DNA from: an uncultured Candidatus Saccharibacteria bacterium
Lineage (GTDB): Bacteria > Patescibacteriota > Minisyncoccia > Phycocordibacterales > CAIZLB01
Reading direction: 5' to 3'
Assembly: GCA_964450605.1 (NCBI GenBank)
Contig: CAYVEK010000001.1
Span: forward strand, 72,430-136,429
DNA: 64,000 bases
Position numbers and translations under genes: made by a program. Position 1 is the stretch's first letter; every line of letters starts with the position of its first letter. This document shows positions 28,228 through 39,400 of this stretch, piece after piece. Below the pieces are notes generated by a model. It did no database searches. It was not told the DNA's origin and saw only the letters and a list, made by a program, of their open reading frames with translations.

Positions 28228-29727
28228 ATGTACTCAAAAAATAGAAATGCTCGAGGTGGAAATGGTGCTCCAATTCGATCTTTTAAAAACAAAAAATTTG
28301 ACGGAAGAGAGGCACCTCGAACAAGTTCTGCGAGTAGTTATACTAAAAAATTTGATAGAATAGGTTCGGCATATTCAAAACCATCATTTGGCGAAGGACA
28401 GCGTCCTGCTCGGCCAGGTTTTTCTTCACGAGGTAGTTTTGGTGGTAGTAGGGGTGGAGATAGAGGTGGTGACAGGGGTGGTTTTGGCGCACGAAAATCT
28501 TTCGGCGGAGGATTCGCTGGTAGAGGTCGGGGCGGTTTTGGTGGAGGTTTTGGCGGCGGACGAGGTCGAGGTGGTTTTGGAGGTGGACGAAGAGGTCGAC
28601 CTTCTGAACATATCGACCACTCAAAATTTATATATAAACCTGATAAAAAATCTCTTGAAGCAGAAGCGAAAGCTAAAAACGCAAAGGTAAAAGTGGAACA
28701 TACTTTTACAGATTTTAAATTCAATCCAGTTGTAAATGAAAATCTAAAAGAAAAAGGATATGTTGATCCTACTCCTATTCAGGACCAGACTATTATGCAT
28801 GCGCTTGCAGGCAAAGATGTTCTAGGTCTTGCAAACACAGGAAGTGGAAAGACGGCAGCATTCTTGCTACCTCTTATAGATAAGGTGGTCAAAGATCCAA
28901 CTCAAAAAGTTATCATCCTTGCTCCAACTCGAGAACTTGCAATGCAGATCAATAAAGAGTTTCAAGAGTTTGCGCGAGGTCTAAAAATATTTTCAACAGT
29001 ATGTGTTGGAGGTATGCCTATTTTCCGACAGATACAAAATCTACGAATGGTGAATCATTTTATTATCGGAACACCAGGACGTATCAAAGACTTGGCACAT
29101 AGAAAATGTATCGTCTTCAATCAGTTCACAAACGTAGTTCTTGATGAGGTTGATCACATGCTTGATATGGGATTTGTTGATGATATAACAGAGATTCTTG
29201 AAGGTTTGGCAAAACCTCGACAGTCATTGTTCTTCTCAGCAACAATGCCTCCTCGAATACGAACACTTATATCAAAATTCCTTGTTGATCCTGTGACTAT
29301 AGATATCGCAGTTCCTGGAAGTACAAAAACAGTTGAGCAAGATATCATCAAAGTTCCTCGACATGAAAAATTTGATGTACTGTGTAATCTTTTGAAAAAA
29401 GAAGGAGCAACGCGAACTATTATCTTTGTTGAAACAAAACGAGAGGTAGAAGAAGTTGCTAACGGTCTTGTTAAGGCCGGATTTAAAACAGGATACCTTC
29501 ATGGAGATAAACGACAGCGAGAGCGAGCTCGAACACTTGCACAGTTCAAAGATAGTACTATCGATGTTCTTGTGGCTACAGATGTTGCAGCACGAGGTAT
29601 AGACGTTAAGGATGTATCTCATGTTATCAACTATACTGTTCCTCAAACACACGAAGACTATGTACACCGTATCGGACGAGCTGGACGAGCGGGTAAGACA
29701 GGAAAAGCGTTTACATTTGTATCATAA
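28228..29727 (+). CDS. DEAD-box RNA helicase (DEVD variant) with N-terminal RGG-rich extension
   Basis: PTPIQ, TGSGKT, PTRELA, DEVD, SAT, ARGID, HRIGRAGR. Confidence 0.93.
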   Translation: MYSKNRNARGGNGAPIRSFKNKKFDGREAPRTSSASSYTKKFDRIGSAYSKPSFGEGQRPARPGFSSRGSFGGSRGGDRGGDRGGFGARKSFGGGFAGRGRGGFGGGFGGGRGRGGFGGGRRGRPSEHIDHSKFIYKPDKKSLEAEAKAKNAKVKVEHTFTDFKFNPVVNENLKEKGYVDPTPIQDQTIMHALAGKDVLGLANTGSGKTAAFLLPLIDKVVKDPTQKVIILAPTRELAMQINKEFQEFARGLKIFSTVCVGGMPIFRQIQNLRMVNHFIIGTPGRIKDLAHRKCIVFNQFTNVVLDEVDHMLDMGFVDDITEILEGLAKPRQSLFFSATMPPRIRTLISKFLVDPVTIDIAVPGSTKTVEQDIIKVPRHEKFDVLCNLLKKEGATRTIIFVETKREVEEVANGLVKAGFKTGYLHGDKRQRERARTLAQFKDSTIDVLVATDVAARGIDVKDVSHVINYTVPQTHEDYVHRIGRAGRAGKTGKAFTFVS

Positions 29728-29728
29728 A

Positions 29729-30355
29729 CTAGTGTGCGATAGAAAAGACCTGAATCTGAAATATGATCTCAGGTTTTTTCTTTTTCCAAGACTCAAGGTA
29801 TGTACATAAAACATCTCTACAATCTCTAAGTGTTGCACCTGTAGTCGCTACATCATCAATAATACATATGCAAACCTTATGCTGTTTTTGAATAGTAAAA
29901 ATAAACCAAAAATACAATCGTGTCAAAATGGGTATGTAGTATTTTTGTTTTTGATTCGTTCGAGTTTTTCGAGCTCCATCTATGTGTTGAGCTTTGTGTT
30001 GTCTTAAATATGCTCTGTGTACACCAAATATCTTATGCCAACAAAAAATATCTCTAAACAAATCCTGAGTAGTATTAAGTATTTTTTCTCTTCTGTGATA
30101 CATAGTGGAAGGGGGTGAGGTGTATAGGATGAAATATCCTAAGTTTTTTGGGTCAAACTTTATATCAGTGCACATGTCATATAGTATGTGTCTTAGCCGG
30201 GTTCTGGCCATGTGCCAGTTTTTAGAAAAATCTATATCAAATTTGTATCGAGCTAATTGCTCTTTAAAAGTGCCGTCCTGATAATTTTCAACAAAAGTTA
30301 CATATACAACTGTATCAGGAGATGTGGTCTTTTTATAAGATCTGTTTATGTTCAT
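29729..30355 (-). CDS. ComF-like phosphoribosyltransferase-domain protein (divergent)
   Basis: IIDDVATTGATL PRPP-binding motif, YKF, R..NQ. Confidence 0.65.
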   Translation of the reverse strand: MNINRSYKKTTSPDTVVYVTFVENYQDGTFKEQLARYKFDIDFSKNWHMARTRLRHILYDMCTDIKFDPKNLGYFILYTSPPSTMYHRREKILNTTQDLFRDIFCWHKIFGVHRAYLRQHKAQHIDGARKTRTNQKQKYYIPILTRLYFWFIFTIQKQHKVCICIIDDVATTGATLRDCRDVLCTYLESWKKKKPEIIFQIQVFSIAH

Positions 30356-30431
30356 TGTATATATGTAACATGTAAAGGATACAGAAAAACCGAATAAAAA
30401 ATAAAGAAAAGCATGGTATACTTATAGCTAT

Positions 30432-31226
30432 ATGACTGAGCTCGAAAGTGTAACTTCTGTGCCAACATACACCATCAAAACTGAACAGTTTGAAGGTCCT
30501 TTGGATGTTCTTTTAAACTTGATAGAGAAGAGGAAACTTCTTATAAATCAGATATCACTTGCTGAAGTAACAGAAGAATTTATACGTTTTGCTGAACGTT
30601 TGACGAATAGCTCGGGACTACGTCAGAAATCAAGTTTTGTAGCCATTGCTTCTATATTACTCCTTATAAAAGCTAAGTCACTTCTGCCGGTACTTGAAGT
30701 TACGGAAGAGGAGCAAGAAGACATTGCTGATTTGGAAAAGCGCTTGAGACTTTTAGAGCTTATGAGGGCTGTTGGAAAAGTTGTGGGTGTTCAGTATGGT
30801 GTAAGAAGAATATTTCAACAGGGAAATTTTCGAAACGATATACGTGTATTTGCACCATCAAAAGATGTATCCGTGGAGTCATTGTTTGCAGGTATAAAAC
30901 AAGCACTTACTTCTGTTCCTAAAAAAGAAGTTGAGTTACCAAAAGTAAAAGTGCGTCAAGTTAAGAGTTTGGAAGAAATGATGCATGACCTGGAATCTCG
31001 TATACAATCCGCGTTTAAGATGACATTTACAACTTTTGCCAAAGCACAGCAAGAGGTTGATACGTCTAAACTCTCACCAGAAGAAGTGGTTGAGGTAAAA
31101 CGAGTGGCTAAGCAACATGTGGTGGTTAGTTTTTTGGCACTACTCGAACTTGTAAAACAAAATACACTTATTGCAGAACAAACTGAGAACTTTGCCGAGA
31201 TTGATATTACTAATATTAAGATGTGA
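30432..31226 (+). CDS. scpA: Segregation and condensation protein A
   Basis: FEGPLDVLLNLI, IKAKSLLP, FLALLELVK. Confidence 0.93.
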   Translation: MTELESVTSVPTYTIKTEQFEGPLDVLLNLIEKRKLLINQISLAEVTEEFIRFAERLTNSSGLRQKSSFVAIASILLLIKAKSLLPVLEVTEEEQEDIADLEKRLRLLELMRAVGKVVGVQYGVRRIFQQGNFRNDIRVFAPSKDVSVESLFAGIKQALTSVPKKEVELPKVKVRQVKSLEEMMHDLESRIQSAFKMTFTTFAKAQQEVDTSKLSPEEVVEVKRVAKQHVVVSFLALLELVKQNTLIAEQTENFAEIDITNIKM

Positions 31227-31239
31227 TAATACATAGCAT

Positions 31240-31794
31240 ATGGAAATAAACGGAGAGATCAAAAAAAATGCCCAACTTGTAGAAGCTTTTCTTTTTTGGA
31301 AAGGTGAGCCTGTAACTGTCCGCGAATTATCAAAGTCTCTCAAACTAGACATACAACACATTGACATAGTACTTGACTATCTGGGTAGTCAAGATGTCTG
31401 TCAAGATAAAGGGATAGTAGTCGTACGCTTTGAAGATAAAGTAACACTAGGTACACATCCAAATGTTGGAAAAACTATAGAGGAACTTACAAAAGAAGAA
31501 TTAAGTCGAGATCTTGGCAAGTCTGCTCTCGAAACACTTGCTATCATACTGTATCAGGGCCCAGTAAAAAGAAGTCAGATTGATTATATTCGAGGAGTGA
31601 ATTCACAGTTTATATTGCGAAACTTGCTTGTACGGGGTCTTATAGACAGATCAACCGATCCATCAGATGAGAGAAGTTTTGTATATAGTCCGTCTCTCGA
31701 ACTTCTTTCCCATCTAGGAGTTGGTCACGTGAAAGATTTACCAGAATACGAACAGGTTTTAGAATCACTCAAAGCGCTTGAAAGAGAAGAATAA
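31240..31794 (+). CDS. scpB: Segregation and condensation protein B
   Basis: ALETLAIILYQGP, IDYIRGVNS. Confidence 0.93.
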   Translation: MEINGEIKKNAQLVEAFLFWKGEPVTVRELSKSLKLDIQHIDIVLDYLGSQDVCQDKGIVVVRFEDKVTLGTHPNVGKTIEELTKEELSRDLGKSALETLAIILYQGPVKRSQIDYIRGVNSQFILRNLLVRGLIDRSTDPSDERSFVYSPSLELLSHLGVGHVKDLPEYEQVLESLKALEREE

Positions 31795-32609
31795 TGCTAA
31801 TCCAATCTAAATACAGATTGTATATACTTTGCGCATGTCTCGGTATTATTGGGGCGGGTATTTTTGTGCCAGTGTATGATGGTAAAAGTTTGATACAGTA
31901 TTCATTTATCGCACGTAAAACAACTGATACATATACATTGCAGTCTGTGGTTGATAAGACAAGAGCAAAATCAGCTGTGGTCTATGATATTTCAAATAAA
32001 AAGATTATTGCTTCTAAAAAACCAGAGTATGTGATGTCACTCGCATCAATCACAAAAGTGTTTACGAGTGCTGTTGCGTATGAACATATACTTAAGATAT
32101 ATCCCGCCCAATCAGAGAAAACACTGTCATTACTAAAAGAGATTCAAAACATGATGATGCGATCTTCAAATGAAGATGCTGAATATATATCAACTTATTT
32201 CGGTGATTCTGAAAAAGAGCGCTTAGACATGCTACAAGCCTATGTGTCACCCTATCAGATTTATTTTAGAAATGTTACAGGGCTCGATATTCCAGGTGTT
32301 GGGGTAGGGGCTTATGGAAAAACGGTTGATGTGGCTCTGGCTGTCGCAAGTGTGTATAAAAAATACCCAGAAATATTTGATAAAACTATACTACCTTTGT
32401 CTGAAAATACAAATCATGTTGCCGATAAGTTAAACTTTTTTGTAGCAGGTAAAACCGGCTTCACCAATCTCTCTGGAGGCAACTTGGTTGTTATAGTTCA
32501 GAAAGGGATTACTCATAAATACATGATCTTGGTTCTCGGCTCAACAGAAAACGGGCGTTTTGTCGATGTTGAGAATATAGCCAATGCTTTGGTACAATTG
32601 AATCCATGA
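31794..32609 (+). CDS. Serine-type D-Ala-D-Ala carboxypeptidase (S11 family)
   Basis: ASITK, SSN and GKTGFT motifs. Confidence 0.85.
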   Translation: MLIQSKYRLYILCACLGIIGAGIFVPVYDGKSLIQYSFIARKTTDTYTLQSVVDKTRAKSAVVYDISNKKIIASKKPEYVMSLASITKVFTSAVAYEHILKIYPAQSEKTLSLLKEIQNMMMRSSNEDAEYISTYFGDSEKERLDMLQAYVSPYQIYFRNVTGLDIPGVGVGAYGKTVDVALAVASVYKKYPEIFDKTILPLSENTNHVADKLNFFVAGKTGFTNLSGGNLVVIVQKGITHKYMILVLGSTENGRFVDVENIANALVQLNP

Positions 32610-33691
32610 TAATCAGTGCTCTTAAGGTTCTTATACCTACATTAAGTTCTTTCGTTTTTGGAATATTGATAACTCCATACCTGACCAAAATCATGTATGA
32701 AAAACAGATGTGGAAGAGAAAATCTCGAAGTACCGAAAATACAGAGGCTATCTCTGAAGATTTTAAAAAGATTCATAACGAAAAATCAGAAATGCACACA
32801 CCTCGAGTTGGAGGTGTTGTGATATGGCTTTCTGTATGTTTAACGCTTATATTTGCAGTTGTTGCACAGTATGTATCCCTGAACTTTGTATCAATGGATC
32901 ATGCAGTAACACACACACTACTCGATCGTTTAAACTTTTTTTCTAGAAATCAGACAATGCTTCTTATCTTAGCGTTGCTTGCAGGTTCTATATTCGGACT
33001 TGTTGATGATCTTCTTCAGATATATGGAAAAGAATTAAAACTAGGAGATGGAGTTCCTCGAAAAATGAGAATTCTTTTTGTAGTACTTGTGGCTGTTGTT
33101 GGTGCTTGGTGGTTCTATAGTAAGCTTGGTATGAATAGTATGCATGTGCCATTTTACGGCGAAGTATATCTAGGTTTAGGTTTTGTGTTTTTGTTTGTGC
33201 TCGCGGTACTGGGAACTTTTTCTGGCGGAGTAATAGACGGTATAGATGGGTTGGCTGCAGGAGTAATGATATCTGCTTTTGCGTCGTATACACTTATTGC
33301 GTTTTCACAATCTCAATATGACTTGGCCGCACTCGGAGGTGCTATTATCGGAGGATTGCTTGCTTTCTTATGGTTCAATGTTCCTCCTGCTCGCTTTTAT
33401 ATGGGTGAGACAGGTATGCTTGGTATTAGTATAGTTTTAGCGATGTTTGCCTTTTTGACCAAAGAAGTTTTGGTTTTACTTGTTGTAGCATTTCCTTTGG
33501 TTGCTACATCATTATCATCTTCTATTCAAATGTTCTCAAAAAAACATTTTGGAAAAAAAGTATTTCGAATCGCGCCACTACACCATCACTTTCAGGCAAT
33601 AGGTTGGTCTTCACCTAAGGTGACAATGAGGTATTGGATTGTGTCAGCAATCTGTGCGGTTACTGGAGTTATTATAGCCTTACTTGGATAG
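32606..33691 (+). CDS. mraY: Phospho-N-acetylmuramoyl-pentapeptide transferase
   Basis: TPRVGG, DD, DGIDGLA, FYMGETG, APLHHHF. Confidence 0.93.
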   Translation: MIISALKVLIPTLSSFVFGILITPYLTKIMYEKQMWKRKSRSTENTEAISEDFKKIHNEKSEMHTPRVGGVVIWLSVCLTLIFAVVAQYVSLNFVSMDHAVTHTLLDRLNFFSRNQTMLLILALLAGSIFGLVDDLLQIYGKELKLGDGVPRKMRILFVVLVAVVGAWWFYSKLGMNSMHVPFYGEVYLGLGFVFLFVLAVLGTFSGGVIDGIDGLAAGVMISAFASYTLIAFSQSQYDLAALGGAIIGGLLAFLWFNVPPARFYMGETGMLGISIVLAMFAFLTKEVLVLLVVAFPLVATSLSSSIQMFSKKHFGKKVFRIAPLHHHFQAIGWSSPKVTMRYWIVSAICAVTGVIIALLG

Positions 33692-33709
33692 TGTAGTAAT
33701 ATCAACCTT

Positions 33710-34870
33710 ATGTTCTTTAGTAAACGAAAAACACACAAAACTCAATCAAAAACACTATCAAAAATGGAAAGTGGTGTTGATCGTTTTTTTCTGATTATTG
33801 TAGGACTGCTTATTGTTGCAGGTGTTGTTGTTTTCTCATCAGCATCACTCATGCTTGTTGGTACTGTAAAATATGACGCTATACGATTTAATCAGTACGG
33901 ACTAGGATTTGTTGGAGGTCTTATTCTACTATACTGTGCTTACAAAATACCCTTACTATTTTTCAGGAAAATGTCTTTCTATGCGTACATCTTCGCCGTA
34001 CTTTTGATGTTAGCTGTTTTTATACCCGGTATAGGTGTATTTCATGGTGGAGCTCATCGATGGGTAAGTATTGCAGGTTTTCAATTTCAACCAGCTGAAG
34101 TGTACAAAGTGTGCGCAGTGTTGTACATGGCTTTATGGTTTTGTCGAGATTATGGAAAAAAATTAGAAAATCGAGACAATTTCTACAACAGAACTTTACC
34201 GTTGTTGGTAATGATATGTATAAGTGCAGTACTGTTTTTATTGCAAAAAGATACAGATACATTGCTTGTAGCAATATCGGCCATGACAGGTATGTATATT
34301 TTGTCTGGAGGAAACTGGAAGGATGTGTTTATATTAGCAGGAGTCGGAGTTGTTGCTCTTGTTGTGCTTATATTTTCTCGTCCATACGTGATGCAACGTG
34401 TTCAGACTTTTTTAAATCCAAGCGCTGATCCTTCAGGAAGTGGTTACCAGATCCAACAATCACTCATAGCTATAGGTACAGGAGGATTGTTTGGAAGAGG
34501 GTATGGGCAGAGCATTCAAAAATTTAAATACTTGCCTGAACCTATCGGAGACTCAGTGTTTGCTGTGGCGGCTGAAGAATTTGGATTTCTAGGAACGGTA
34601 TTATTGATAGTTTTGTACCTGGTGTTCATACTGCGAGGTCTTCGTATGGCAAAATACTCATCTTCATACGGGTCACTTATAATAGGAGGATTGCTACTAC
34701 TCATAGTTACTCAGTCTTTTTTAAATATAATGGCCATGCTCGGACTTATGCCTTTGTCAGGTATGCCTCTTATTTTTATCAGTCACGGAGGAACAGCTTT
34801 GTGCATAGCGCTATTTTCTGTAGGAATTATGCTTTCGGCCTCTCGAGAACGTAAGGTGGGTGTGAGGTAA
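33710..34870 (+). CDS. ftsW: SEDS family peptidoglycan polymerase FtsW
   Basis: GAHRW, FQPAE, GYQIQQSLIAIG, LPEP..D, PLIFISHGG; between mraY and murG. Confidence 0.88.
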   Translation: MFFSKRKTHKTQSKTLSKMESGVDRFFLIIVGLLIVAGVVVFSSASLMLVGTVKYDAIRFNQYGLGFVGGLILLYCAYKIPLLFFRKMSFYAYIFAVLLMLAVFIPGIGVFHGGAHRWVSIAGFQFQPAEVYKVCAVLYMALWFCRDYGKKLENRDNFYNRTLPLLVMICISAVLFLLQKDTDTLLVAISAMTGMYILSGGNWKDVFILAGVGVVALVVLIFSRPYVMQRVQTFLNPSADPSGSGYQIQQSLIAIGTGGLFGRGYGQSIQKFKYLPEPIGDSVFAVAAEEFGFLGTVLLIVLYLVFILRGLRMAKYSSSYGSLIIGGLLLLIVTQSFLNIMAMLGLMPLSGMPLIFISHGGTALCIALFSVGIMLSASRERKVGVR

Positions 34871-34893
34871 TTGGCTGTGCTATACTATACGAT

Positions 34894-36033
34894 ATGAAAA
34901 TAGTTATTACCGGTGGAGGTACGGGAGGTCATTTCTATCCTCTCATGGCAGTTGCCGAATCTATACAAAAGCAAGCGCGTGAACAAAAACTACTTGAGCC
35001 ACGTATATATTATATCGGTCCAAATGAATATAATCCTAAAGAACTTTTTGATCGAGGTATAGAATTTATTCGTGTTCCTGCAGGAAAAAGAAGAATAAAC
35101 GCAAAAGGTTTTAATAAAATTAAAAATATTTTTGATATCTTTCGGATGGGTATTGGCTGTGTTGTTGGTTTTATAAGAATGTTTTTCTTATTTCCAGATG
35201 TTGTATTTGCAAAAGGTGGATATACCTCATTTCCTGCACTATTTGCAGCTCGAATACTCGGTATACCTGTAATTATTCACGAATCAGATAGTGTGCCAGG
35301 AAGAGTAAATCTATGGGCAAGTAAATTTGCTAAAAGAGTTGCTGTCTCCTTTAAGGAGTCGGCAGAGTATTTTGATAAAGCAAAAGTTGCATATACAGGA
35401 AATCCTGTTCGTGCAGAGCTTCATAATCCACTAAAGATTGGGGCTCATGAATATCTACAACTTGATCCGACTATGCCCGTCATAGGAATACTTGGAGGTT
35501 CTACAGGTGCAAGAAAAATAAATGATGTATTGATGGAATGCGTTCGTGAACTGATATTGGACTATCAAATAGTTCATCAAACAGGTAAGTCAAACTTTGA
35601 AATAGTTAAAGGTACTTCAAATCTGGTATTGGACGGATCAAGTCATCCTGAACGATACAAACCTGTAGACTATCTAAGTACCATGAGCATGAGAATGCTT
35701 GGTGGAGTTGCTGATGTTATTGTATCTCGAGCGGGATCTGGTTTGTTTGAGATAGCGCTTTGGGGTGTCCCAAGTGTACTTATACCTATAGCTGATTCTC
35801 ATGGAGATCATCAGAGAAAAAATGCATTTAACTATGCCAGAGCAGGAGCTTGTGTTGTTATAGAAGAGTCGAATCTAACAGCTCAGATCCTTATCAACGA
35901 AGTTAAAAAGATCATAAATAACAGAGAGGTGCATGATAAAATGGCACAATCTGCAAAAGCATTTTCAAGATCTGATGCAGCCGATGTTATTGCTCATGAA
36001 GTTTTGAATATTGCACTTAGTCACGAGGTTTAA
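34894..36033 (+). CDS. murG: Lipid II GlcNAc transferase MurG
   Basis: GGGTGGHFYP, KGGY, HESD, GNPVR, SRAG, HQRKNA. Confidence 0.95.
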   Translation: MKIVITGGGTGGHFYPLMAVAESIQKQAREQKLLEPRIYYIGPNEYNPKELFDRGIEFIRVPAGKRRINAKGFNKIKNIFDIFRMGIGCVVGFIRMFFLFPDVVFAKGGYTSFPALFAARILGIPVIIHESDSVPGRVNLWASKFAKRVAVSFKESAEYFDKAKVAYTGNPVRAELHNPLKIGAHEYLQLDPTMPVIGILGGSTGARKINDVLMECVRELILDYQIVHQTGKSNFEIVKGTSNLVLDGSSHPERYKPVDYLSTMSMRMLGGVADVIVSRAGSGLFEIALWGVPSVLIPIADSHGDHQRKNAFNYARAGACVVIEESNLTAQILINEVKKIINNREVHDKMAQSAKAFSRSDAADVIAHEVLNIALSHEV

Positions 36034-36094
36034 TATAATTAAGTTGGGGTTATTGTTAATTAACAAAAATAATTTTATATAAAATAAAAATCAT

Positions 36095-36310
36095 ATGAGT
36101 AATCTAAACGGTCTGGGAAAACTTGCATGGGTATTAGTGGTAGTAGGAGCTCTTAACTGGGGGCTTGTAGGAGGATTTGATTTCAACCTTGTTGAAAAAC
36201 TTGTTGGAAAATGGCCAGTAGTTGTAAAAGTTGTATATGTTCTTGTTGGACTTTCAGCACTTGTTTCTCTTTTCGGTCTTGGAAAAAAGAGTGCTCAATC
36301 AACAATGTAA
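36095..36310 (+). CDS. DUF378 family small membrane protein
   Basis: LVVVGALNWGLVG.F.FNLV...VYVLVGLSA. Confidence 0.88.
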   Translation: MSNLNGLGKLAWVLVVVGALNWGLVGGFDFNLVEKLVGKWPVVVKVVYVLVGLSALVSLFGLGKKSAQSTM

Positions 36311-36331
36311 TTTTGTAAAAATTATACACAG

Positions 36332-36360
36332 AAAAAACTCGCTTAAATGCGAGTTTTTTT
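36332..36360 (+). terminator. Intrinsic terminator
   Basis: AAAAAACTCGC-ttaaat-GCGAGTTTTTTT. Confidence 0.8.
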
Positions 36361-36400
36361 CTTGTTATATATGATTATATTTAATATAATAAAAGAGTAC

Positions 36401-39400
36401 ATGCGCGTTTTGAAAAAGATCTACATAGGTGTATTCTTTTTGGGCACTTTATTAGTGTCACGTGCTATTCCTGTTGATGTGTATGGAAGTGTTTTAAATC
36501 ACCACATTGCTCAGGTTTTTGGTTTTTATAGTCAAAGTTTCGAAAGCGTAAAAACTGATATTAAGCAAGACATGAAAAAAGTTTCGGTTAAAGCTGAAAA
36601 ACAAACAGCTCAAGTATTAGCTGCTGTTGATTCGACTCAAAAAAGTTTATGGTCAAAAATGATTGATGTTTTGTCTGAACCTCTTGTACCATTGTTTACA
36701 CCCCAAGTTATAATCCCGATCACTGAAAAGAAAACTGAGGCTACTGTTCCTGTTAAAAAAGAAGAAAAGATTGTTCTTGATCCTAAACCAAAAGAGCAGG
36801 TTGTGATAAAGCCTGTTGCAAAGATTCCAAACACTAACGTTACTCAAAATTACTATTACACCATTTCACAGTCTCAAATTGAGAAAGCTGTTCAGTCACA
36901 AGTCGCAATCAACAAGCAGGAGTTGAATAAAATTCAAAATGATTTACGAGAATATGTAAATATGGTAGCTGGACGGCAATCAGATAGTTTTTCAAATAGT
37001 TTAAATAGAGCAAATGTTGTAACTGTTGTGACACAGTCTTCGGGTGGTAGTGGCGCAACTGCAAATTTTTCTGAAACAGCGACTGGGCTTGATTATGCGG
37101 GAGGAGTGTTATCAATCACTTCTGGATATGAGATACCTACAACTTCTTCATCTACCGCTTGGACATCATTCTACGATACACCTTCATCTCGAATCACTGC
37201 TGGAACAGGATTGTCATGGAGTGGAAATACTTTGAATGCGGTAGGTGGAGGATCTGGAACAGTTGGTTCTGGCACAGCTGGGCAGGTTGCGTTTTATGGA
37301 GCAAATGGAACCTCTGTAAGTGGTACATCCACAGTATTCTTTGCAAATGGAAATGTTGGTATCGGAACATCGTCTCCGTCATCTATACTACACCTACAGA
37401 GTGATCAAAATTCATCAACGGTATTAACAATACGAAATGATAATGCCGGTGCCAATGCTGATGCAGGAATCATGATCAGAGATGATGAAGGGGCCATTCT
37501 GTCTCTAGGTCTAGATGTCGATCAAACAGGAACAAAATCCTATCTGTGGAGTGTTGGAAATGATTTTAGAATAGGTGCGGGAAATAATATGGTTGCATCT
37601 TTTACTACGGATCAAAAATTTAAAGTATTGAGTCCGTATAACAATTACATGTCGATATATGGTGGAAGTGCAACAAGTATGAATCTTGTAAGTGATGCAG
37701 ATATGCTTATCAGAGCAGGTGGAGATCTCGGATCTAATACATATAGAACAATATACTATGATGGTGATACTCATATTTTTAGACAGGCAGGATCTCCGTG
37801 GACAGAGTACATGAGAATTGTTTCTGGAGGAAATCTTGGTATCGGTACGTCATCACCTTCGGCAAAACTTGATGTTTGGGGAAGTTTAAAGGTCGGAACA
37901 ACATCGACTCCGACACTATTTGTTAATACAACAGCTGGTCAAAACACAGGTTTATCCATCACAAATGATGTCTCACCAACAATCGCTTCTGCGGGTTCGT
38001 CTGCAAATGTTAATTTAAAGTTAACAACTAAAGGCACTGGGGGGTTGTTTCTTGATACAGGAGGAACTGGATCAATAAACTTTAGACCAAACGGTACGCA
38101 AACGATGACTATTTTGAGTACAGGAAATGTTGGTATTGGTACAACTACTCCTGCCTCACAGCTATATATAGCAGGAACTGATATTGGCCCCTCAAACTAT
38201 CTCGCAACTATAGAAAACAATAACACCGCAGGTTCATTTCCGACTCGAAACGGTTTGTTGATAAATGTTACTGGTACAAATGGCGGAGGCCAATCTGCTT
38301 CTCGTCTATTGAATATACAACAGTACGGTACAAGTCTGTTTTATGTAAACGGAGTAGGAGACGGTGTATTTAACGGGGGTATAACATCTGGAAGCATTAC
38401 ATCTTCAGGGGTGGTTTCTTCAGTTCGCTTAAGCGTTGTAAACAACAACACAACCGCCACAACAAGTGTGTTTAAGATAGTTTCAGGTCAAACAGCCCCT
38501 GTAACAGAGTGGCAAACTAGTACAGGTGCTCCGCTTGCAAGTTTGAGTGCTGGAGGAAACCTAGGACTAGGTATTGTTCCGTCAACATTCAAACTCGATG
38601 TTTCCGGCAGTTCAAGATTAGGTTATGTAAACATAAACAACTCAGCTGATATTATAATGTCGACACAAAATGCTGATCGACAATTTACTATACAAGGAAG
38701 TACAGCAACAACAGGTTCTGTTGCGGGAACGTATATAACCCTTGGTACCGCAAGTTCTGGTGAACAAAAAATAGTTTTTGGTACAAACGGTGGTGAGAAA
38801 ATGAGAATGGATCCATCAGGAAACCTTGGTATCGGAACAACGTCTCCAGCTGCAAAGCTTGATGTATGGGGCAACTTGAAAGTTGGAACAAATGCCGCAG
38901 GTACGCTTTTTGTTGATGCGGCAACAGCTCGAGTCGGTGTTGGAACAACAACACCGGGTGCAAAATTGACAGTTATAGGAGATATGCGTATAGGTTTTAA
39001 TGATGCTAACCAAGAGATATTGGGACATATTACAGGTGGTTTATTATTTGCGAATCAAGCTGCTCAAATAACTTCAGGTTCAGGTGTTTCAGTGAGATCA
39101 AATGGAACTTACGGATGGTCATCGGACACTGGTAGTCCAGGTTACAATGGTAAAGATACTTTCTTGAGTAGACCTTTTTCTTCAACTGTCGGAGTGTATC
39201 AATCTAATGGGACAACACTCGGTGGATTTCTGACAGGTGTTTTGTCTGTCGGAACAACCTCAACATCTTCAACTCTTTATGTTCAAGGTAACGGTTCAAA
39301 TAATCCATTTACTATCGCATCCTCAACAGGAACGTCAATGTTGAGTGTGTTAAGGAATGGAAATGTGGGTATTGGTACTAGCACACCTGAGGTAAAATTG

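Noticed and set aside
28338-28724. Pro-rich and Thr/Ser-rich antisense ORFs
   Set aside because: Shadow frames of the Gly/Arg-rich helicase N-terminus; the same applies to most short opposite-strand ORFs in the track.
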